Shown here one piece after another: positions 56,291 to 64,000 of a stretch of 64,000 nt of DNA (positions within the stretch are counted from its first letter, which is position 1; each line of letters opens with the position of its first letter). A program made the translations under genes and the position numbers. Under the pieces are notes generated by a model that saw only the letters and a program-made list of their open reading frames with translations, was not told the DNA's origin and did not search any database. The DNA is from Octopus vulgaris (Eukaryota): the NCBI GenBank assembly GCA_951406725.2, contig OX597825.1, forward strand, positions 27,838,001-27,902,000. The letters are read 5' to 3'.

Positions 56291-57294
56291 TGTAAAAAGT
56301 TTGTCTCACCAAATCTCACACAAAGTGGGATTAGGCTCCGAGGTAAATCTAGGTTTATCACTGTTAGGAATTATTTGTTTGAAATAGTGAAAATGTAGGT
56401 GAATGCTCATAGCAAGTATGTATTAAGAATCGAAACAGGTGTGCATTTATATTGCGTGTGAATTATTACAGTGATATCTGAAATACGACGAAGACAACGA
56501 CGGTGACATCGACGATGGTGGTGGTGGTGGTGGTGGTGTCGGTGGTGGCTCTGCTTCTACTGATGTTGTTCGTGGTGGTAGTGGTTGTGGCTTTGATGAT
56601 AACTACAAGGGTACATCGAGCACTGGAATAACTTGAGATACGATGCAAGTGAAGAAGGAAAAGTATACAAGGCCAATTTGTTTCTTACATATAGAGGGGA
56701 AAGGGAAAAGAATAAGAGGTACCCATCGTTGCTATTGCTGTTATTGATGGTTTTGCTAAGGGTTGTATAATGGAATAGAAATGAACATTAGTAGCTACGG
56801 CGGCAATCGAAGAACAACCTAATAATAAATTTAATTACAATTAAAAAACAGTATTGAATGTGAAGATTTATTAGGCCAGATCTTGCCATATTTATAGGGT
56901 GGGGTTTATGTGACAAGAATAAAAGAAATCTATCTCCATAAATGGTTACGAAAGTAGGACAAAGGTGTAACTCTTCCCATCAGCTCTCTTTGGCATTCAT
57001 TTAAAATGTATCGGTTGAAGCGACTTGAGTTTAATATGCTCAACTCAAGAACGAAAAGTGACAACCGTTCGAAGAACACTCGTGAGCCTAGCAGTATGAT
57101 CGATGCTTCATGAGACTTAATGATAGCAAAAATAGGGATGTACAAATGTATATTACATATGTATATAACATAGAGAAAATAGCACTATTAGTAACTGTGC
57201 ACATCCTACGTAAAGCACTTTCAAAACAGTGGAAATAGGAATATCTCAACAAACCACATAGAGCTGCGCTCGGTAGTGCAGTAAAATCAAGTGA

Positions 57295-57314
57295 TAATAT
57301 TATTATTATTAATG

Positions 57315-57358
<44 letters not shown>

Positions 57359-57388
57359 TATGGTGGTGGTGGTGGTGGTGGTGGTGGT

Positions 57389-57470
<82 letters not shown>

Positions 57471-57471
57471 G

Positions 57472-57514
<43 letters not shown>

Positions 57515-57521
57515 CAGCAGC

Positions 57522-57572
<51 letters not shown>

Positions 57573-57636
57573 GGTGGTGGTGGTGGTAGTAGTAGCAGTA
57601 GTAGTAGTAGTAGTAGTAGTAGCAGCAGTAGTAGTT

Positions 57637-57683
<47 letters not shown>

Positions 57684-57738
57684 TGTAGTATTAGTAGTAG
57701 TAGTAGTAGTAGTAATGTTAGTAGCAGCAGCAGCAGCA
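57295..57738. repeat. Compound (AAT)(GGT)(AGT)(AGC) microsatellite
   Basis: Seen directly. Confidence 0.95.
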
Positions 57739-58167
57739 AGAGAAAAACAAGAAAAAGATGATGAATAGGAAAGATGGCGACGAAAAACGAGAAAAAATAG
57801 GAATAAGATTGCAGCAAAATGAAGTAAACGTTTAACGGTCGCCTGTCGTTAGATATCCGTATATACAGTTGTATATGAATCAGATATTACACTAGATATG
57901 ATATTCTCTATAGGTTAAAGAAAAAAAAAAGCGCCATTTTGTGAGATATTCACTCCAAGATTTCCTTATGCCATAATGATCTTCACTGTTGAAGCATTCG
58001 CGGCGTTAGATTTGTTTGCGTAGGTAGTGGAAGATAAATCAGGTTTTATGATGTATTAGTAGTCACATAGAATATCGTAGGAGTTAGATTTACTTTCCCA
58101 GTAACGCTTTCAAGGAAGCTATTTACAGGATAGACAAGCTGGGAGTGCAGGGAGGGTTATAGACGTT

Positions 58168-58236
<69 letters not shown>

Positions 58237-58387
58237 ACACACGCACACACACACACATATGAGACTGGGATTGGAAAATAAAAAATGGGATAACATAAGG
58301 CCTAGCCTAGCATGTAAACACAATTATGAAAAAATGTTTCCGCATAAAACGGCAAATCCTTCAGTAACAATTTGATTTATTCTAACG

Positions 58388-58430
58388 TAATAATAACAAC
58401 AGCAACAACAACAACAAAAACAACAACAAC

Positions 58431-58485
<55 letters not shown>

Positions 58486-58679
58486 GCAATAATAATGACA
58501 TATGGTTGCCAAGTGGTGAACAAGACAGAAGGCATAAGGTTGCCTGTATACAGTGATTTTCTCTGCCCTAGGCGTCAGGAAGACACTCGACAAGAAGTGG
58601 AAACAGAATTGAGTGATGATGATGGAGATCATAACAAGAAGAAGAAGAAGAAGAAGAAGAAGAAGAAGAAGAAGAAGAA
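58388..58679. repeat. (AAC)/(AAT) and (GAA)n microsatellites
   Basis: Seen directly. Confidence 0.85.
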
Positions 58680-60052
58680 TAGTTTCTCGTAGGCAAAATA
58701 ACAAGGATAGGTTACAAAGAGTAAATATTGAGATACAGTCGCATGAGGAGGTGAAAGAAAGATGGTGTGAAAATGAGATGAAAACTTTGCGGAATAAGCA
58801 AAATTAGTGAATGCAGGCTTGACGCTATCCTCTTAATACAGGAGATCCTTCAACCTGGGGCAATAAAGTGACGATACAGATCGAACATCATTTGGCGTAT
58901 GTCATACAGATCGAATACCACCACCAAGAAATCAAGTCATCTCACTAATATTTCTCCGAACAACAGACACATTACATGTGTGAATGCCTCTGTGTGTGCG
59001 TGCATGTGTTTGTATGTGTGTGTATCTGTTCTTCTATATCCTGTATGTGTATGCATGCACGTAGCTATATACGTCTTAGTCTGTTAGTTAATGTAATTTG
59101 ATGGAATCTTTCAATGTACAGTGTTCTTTCGGATGGATGTTAAGAGCTGGTGTATTAGGTTTCAAAAAGTCAATATCATGTGCCATTCGCAAAGTAAAAT
59201 TCTACAAACTGACAACCAGGTAATAGTCATACAGAATAAACTCCAAAAGAGTTGTTATACGTGGAGAGGAATCTTCTATGATTGACCACATGTATTCCAT
59301 CAAACCATCCGATGCGTTTTCAATACAGCAAATACTTGTAATACATGATGGGAAGGTCGTATGAAGAATTTCAGGGTTCAACAACAAAATAATAACAAAA
59401 TATCTACAACTTTTCTGTGTTAATAAAATTATATTTTTGCAGCTTTTTGTTGTTTGTGTTATCATTTTTGCTTTTATACTTTCTTCGTTGCCAGCTTTGA
59501 TTAGGACGTTGAAGTGTGCAAGTGTAAGAAAGTAAAGTATTTTCTTTTATTCATATATATCTAAGCCGCCATTACTTTCTAAATTTAGTTGTGTGTATTG
59601 TTACGGCATTTGAGTATGAAACAGAAACTTATTCCCTTTTAGAAATGTTATAAAACGATGTTTATAGATACATTGATGTTTCTCTTTAATGTAAATCAAT
59701 ATTTTTAATTAGCTAAGCCAATTCAAACCACGTAGAAACAGTTTTCCTTTCGGCCGTTTTCTCTGCATTGCTGGAGGAAAACTTCGAAATACCATTGTCG
59801 GTTTATTTATGTGGTTTTGACGGATTGCTTTTGTGGTTTTGTGATTAGTCTTATGTATCGGTATCGGGGCGGAATTTGAAATCAGGCGTCAAAATCTTGA
59901 ACAGATACTGCAAAATGTTTCGTTCATTACACGACCATTTCTTCCAATCAATCATTCTGTGCTGGGACTTCATGTACCGACTAGGAAAGAGAAGAAATTA
60001 TATTGGGCATTGCTGAGTTTTGAACAATGATGGGAAATATTTGTAACGAATA

Positions 60053-60313
60053 TAAATAAAATAAATGCACCCTTTTGAAGCCTGGTCAAGCTCATGGGCC
60101 CGGTTTTCCGGTTTCAATGGCGTATGTGTTCCCCAGCTGGAGGGGACGCCAGTCCATCGCAGTATTACTCATTTTTGCCAGCTGAGTGGACTGGAGCAAC
60201 GTGAAATGAAGTGTTTTGCTCAAGAACACAACACGTCACCCGGTCCAGGAATTGAAACCACAACCTTACGATCATGAGTTAAACACCCTAACCACTTTGC
60301 CACGCGCCTCCAC
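60053..60313 (-). mobile_element. tRNA-derived SINE (family C-related head), full-length, with 14-bp TSD
   Basis: Head tggaggcgcgtggcaaagtggttagg...ggtttcaattcc, body gcgatggactggcgtccc, (TTTA)n tail. Flanked by atttgtaa(c/t)gaata at 60039-60052 and 60314-60327. Confidence 0.88.
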
Positions 60314-60947
60314 ATTTGTAATGAATACCGCAGATATTTTTTCTAAATGTCAAGCGACTAAGTTAGTTCAACGACAAACTTTTTGATATTCACAGTATTA
60401 TCTTATTCTGGTTGCGTAGATGAAAACGATCAACATAAATTTGGAAGTCATTTTTAAAGTTCTAATAAAATATCGAAAATCAACAATAAAATCATATTAA
60501 ACAGCAGCATAGAGAGTAAGCGAAAAGAGGATGGCTGAACATAGCTGCAACATAATAAGTTATCACGAGCTGCACACCCAGCATAATGTACGTTGGTAGG
60601 TCATAATACTAAAGTTCATGTAAATGTTGTTGTTGAGAATATATACCAGATCTTAGGATGTTGAACTGCTGACTTAGCAAAATCATTCAGTTGTCATCCG
60701 CTTAATAGCATTTGGGATGACGTAATGTAGTGGTTTGGACGCTTATTATTATCAATTTGTAACTTCAACAGAAGGTAGAGTTGGTTCACAGATTTCGTAG
60801 GCGGAGAACTGTGTTATGTCATCTAGTTGTCATGAAAAATTAATTGACTACCAACGCTTTATCTTGTAGTGTAACTCACTATGGAATGTATTACTATATT
60901 TGAAATATTTAGAGAAATTATAACATGCGAATATTGTAATAAATATA

Positions 60948-61367
60948 TATTTCTTTACTGCCCACAAGGGGCTAAACATAGAGGTGACAAACAAGGACAG
61001 ACAAAGGGATTAAGTCGATTACATCGACCCCAGTGCGAAACTGATACTTTATTTATCGACCTCGAAAGGATGAAAGGCAAAGTCGACCTCGGCGGAATTT
61101 GAACTCAGAACGTAACGACAGACGAAATACCTATTTCTTTACTACCCAGAAGAGGCTAAACACAGAGAGGACAAATAAGGACAGACAAACGGATTAAGTC
61201 GATTATATCGATCCCAGTGCGTAACTGGTACTTATTTAATCGACCCCGAAAGAATGAAAGGCAAAGTCGATCTCAGCGGAATTTGAACTCAGAACGTAAC
61301 AGCAGACGAAATGCCGCTAAGCATTTCGCCCGGCGCGCTAAAGTTTCTGCCAGCTCGGCACCTTAAG
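60948..61367 (-). mobile_element. Head-to-tail dimer of SINE family B (full copy 61131-61364 plus 5'-truncated copy 60948-61130) inside one 15-bp TSD
   Basis: Two tandem matches to 31239-31464. attgtaataaatata lies at 60933-60947 and 61368-61382. Confidence 0.88.
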
Positions 61368-61685
61368 ATTGTAATAAATATACCCTAACCAGTGCGAGCT
61401 ACCTACATCATAGTTAAATCATTAAAAAAAGTATGTTATTCCATTCTAAGTAGGCTTATGTAAATACACTTCGCTAACATTTTCGAGATGTGATAAATAA
61501 CCGGATTATTGAAACCTGGTGGTTGATATCCTATAAGTACTTATAAAATAGAATCTCTATTCTCACAATAAGAAATACAGTTTTCTTGAAATACAAATCA
61601 AATCAAATTTCTTAGTTACAAAGTGGCCTCTTATTGTGTTATATCACCAAAAGCAATTGCTTAACTTATGTTTATGTATATAAAT

Positions 61686-61722
61686 TTATTAACGAGACAT
61701 ATCTAATATGTCTCGTTAATAA
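61686..61722. repeat. Perfect palindrome, 17-bp arms and 3-nt loop
   Basis: ttattaacgagacatat-cta-atatgtctcgttaataa. Confidence 0.9.
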
Positions 61723-61782
61723 CTCCCCAAATGCTATGATCTCTCATTCTTTGATTGTTCCCAGAATATTATAGATAATGTC

Positions 61783-62208
61783 AAGGCGATGAGCTAGCAG
61801 AATCTGCTCGTGTTAAATACTTAGCAGCATTTCATCCGTCTTTGCATTCCCAGTTCCATTTCTGCCGAATTCGATTTTGTCTTTCATCCTTTCGAGGTCG
61901 GAAAAATATGAACCTGTACAGCGCTTGGGAGGTGGTGGGGTCAATGTAACCTATTTCTTTATTACCCACAAGGGGCTAAACATAGAGGGGACAAACAAGG
62001 ACAGACATAGGTATTAAGTCGATTACATCGACCCCAGTGCGTAACTGGTACTTAATTTATCGACCCCGAAAGGATGAAAGGCAAAGTCGACCTCGGCGGA
62101 ATTTGAACTCACAACGTAACGACAGAAGAAATACGGCTACGCATTTCGCCCGACGTGCTAACGTTTCTGCCTCCGAAAATGCTAGCCTTGTGCCAAATTT
62201 TCGAACCA
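61783..62208. mobile_element. Old + strand SINE B interrupted by a younger - strand SINE B (61951-62170)
   Basis: aaggcgatgagctagcagaat...ctttcatcctttcgaggtcgg...ggggtcaatgtaac | inverted young copy | ctccgaaaatgctagccttgtgccaaattttcgaacca. Confidence 0.75.
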
Positions 62209-62489
62209 CGATTATGGATAAAATTAAGATGAACGAAGAAGGTGGTATGAGTAAAAAATAAATACGAAGTGCGTCTATAAAAATTTCGTGTACGGCAAAT
62301 TGCCATTAACATTTACTTTGCCTGTCTGAAACTGTGGCAAAGATACAGAACTGTTTGGATAAATTAGTAAATTAATTCAATTTAAATGGATTCTTAAAAG
62401 TATTTTTCAACATCATATCGTTATTTTTCTATAATTTTACAAGTCAAGCTTTTACACTCACCTTTTCTCTCTTTCTCTCACATACACAA

Positions 62490-62543
<54 letters not shown>

Positions 62544-62836
62544 ATATTAAGAATGAAATGTTATTCTTCGAGACTTATTTAATATGAAACATTTACTTCG
62601 TATTGCTATCCCTTCATTCTTCATTATAATGTCTTGATAATATATTCTGTGTAATTAGAATCCACTGAAGCGAACTGAGGATTTACAAATCGAAGGGAGC
62701 ACAATATCATTCTTTATTTCAAACAATTCTACATGTTTTCTAGCATTCAATGTGGTTAACCTAATCTGGATTTTAGCAGAATGATCCAGATACGTCTGCT
62801 CGGATTTAAATTCTCCATGCCGTTGTATTTCATATA

Positions 62837-62897
<61 letters not shown>

Positions 62898-63317
62898 TGG
62901 CCGAAGCCTATCAAAGTAGATATTTTGTAGACATGAAAGTTAATTTCGAACGGAGTTAAGCTGTAAGTACAGCGAAGAGTATTCGCCCTTATAAGACGTA
63001 GCATATATATATGTATATATATATACATGTATGTATGTATGTATGTATGTATGTACGCAGGTATGTATACTCACACACATATAAAAAGAGAGAGTCAGAG
63101 ATTGATAAAATACATGAATATTTATGTTTATATATACATGTGTGTGTATGTATGTATGTATGTATATATATATATATACATATACACATGCATACATGCA
63201 TTAACGTGTGTACATGCGTAAATGTGAATCTATATATGCTTGAGTGTGATTTTTTTTGTCTATAACCAGACATGTTCTTCTTCTTTCACTCTGTCTCTCA
63301 CACACACACATATTTGC

Positions 63318-63352
<35 letters not shown>

Positions 63353-63892
63353 GCGCTCGCGCGTGTGAGCCTGTTTATGTGTATTCATATGGCGGTGCAC
63401 ATGTGAATTTATCTGTGTGCTGCCACGTGTTGGGTTTAATGCTATTCGGATTAATTCCACTAGAAACCTATTCAGCGAAAATGTGATTAGCGACCCATTT
63501 CTTACGCCTCGGCATACAGATTTTTGTTTTAATTATTTAGGTTTATGCATATTACATATTTGTTTACCGTCTTCTGAAATCCCTTCATAATTTTTTTTTT
63601 TATTATCAACTGTCGATTCATTATTTTGTCATTCTGAACATTATAATATCCTTGATGCATTACTAAGCATGTGAAAAGGTTCACTCGGCAGACAAACTTA
63701 ATATAACATTAGAATTAATTAAATTTCTTTTTGCATTTTAGGGGCTTATTTTTCTTTTCCATCTTTGTTGATTTTCTTAAAGGTTCCCAGTTTATTTCTA
63801 TAAAGCGTTCTGAAAATTAGCTCAAAAACTAGCGGTTTGGATTAAAAGGAACTTTTTTATGTGAATGTGATATAGTGTGATAGATGTAAGTA

Positions 63893-64000
63893 GAAGCACA
63901 ATGACCCAGTGATTAGGGCAGCTGACTGGCGGTCGTTGCGATTCCCAGGCAGGGCGCTGTGAGTGTTTATTGAGCGAAAATACCTAAATCTCCATGAGGC
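63893..64000 (+). mobile_element. SINE family D head (runs off the window)
   Basis: tgtgagtgtttattgagcgaaaatacctaaatctcca matches the minus strand of ~16165-16283. Confidence 0.65.

Overview
AT-rich, microsatellite-saturated animal non-coding DNA. The SINE families and the extreme (TA)n/(CA)n/(GATA)n load suggest an octopus-like cephalopod genome (inference). No host gene is confidently visible, and almost all listed ORFs are translations of simple repeats. The main feature is a young Penelope-like retroelement (PLE, ~4016-9982) inserted in (TA)n. It has an intact RT + Cys-linker + GIY-YIG ORF (5559-7835), a 5'-truncated upstream coiled-coil/N,Q-rich ORF1 joined to the RT frame by an HIV-like U_UUU_UUA slippery site, a ~1.3 kb internal microsatellite, and ~650-690 bp inverted pseudo-LTRs with a ~34 bp 3' tail. 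Each pseudo-LTR holds a minimal hammerhead-ribozyme-like motif with a non-canonical U3:A8 core. At least six more short PLE-end fragments lie elsewhere in the window, mostly fold-back hairpins and several in (TA)n. Each carries a minimal hammerhead-like motif, with cores U3:A8, G3:C8, U4C, A6U or lacking position 7. The rest consists of tRNA-derived SINEs (some with clear TSDs), two decayed Tc1/mariner transposons and long simple repeats.
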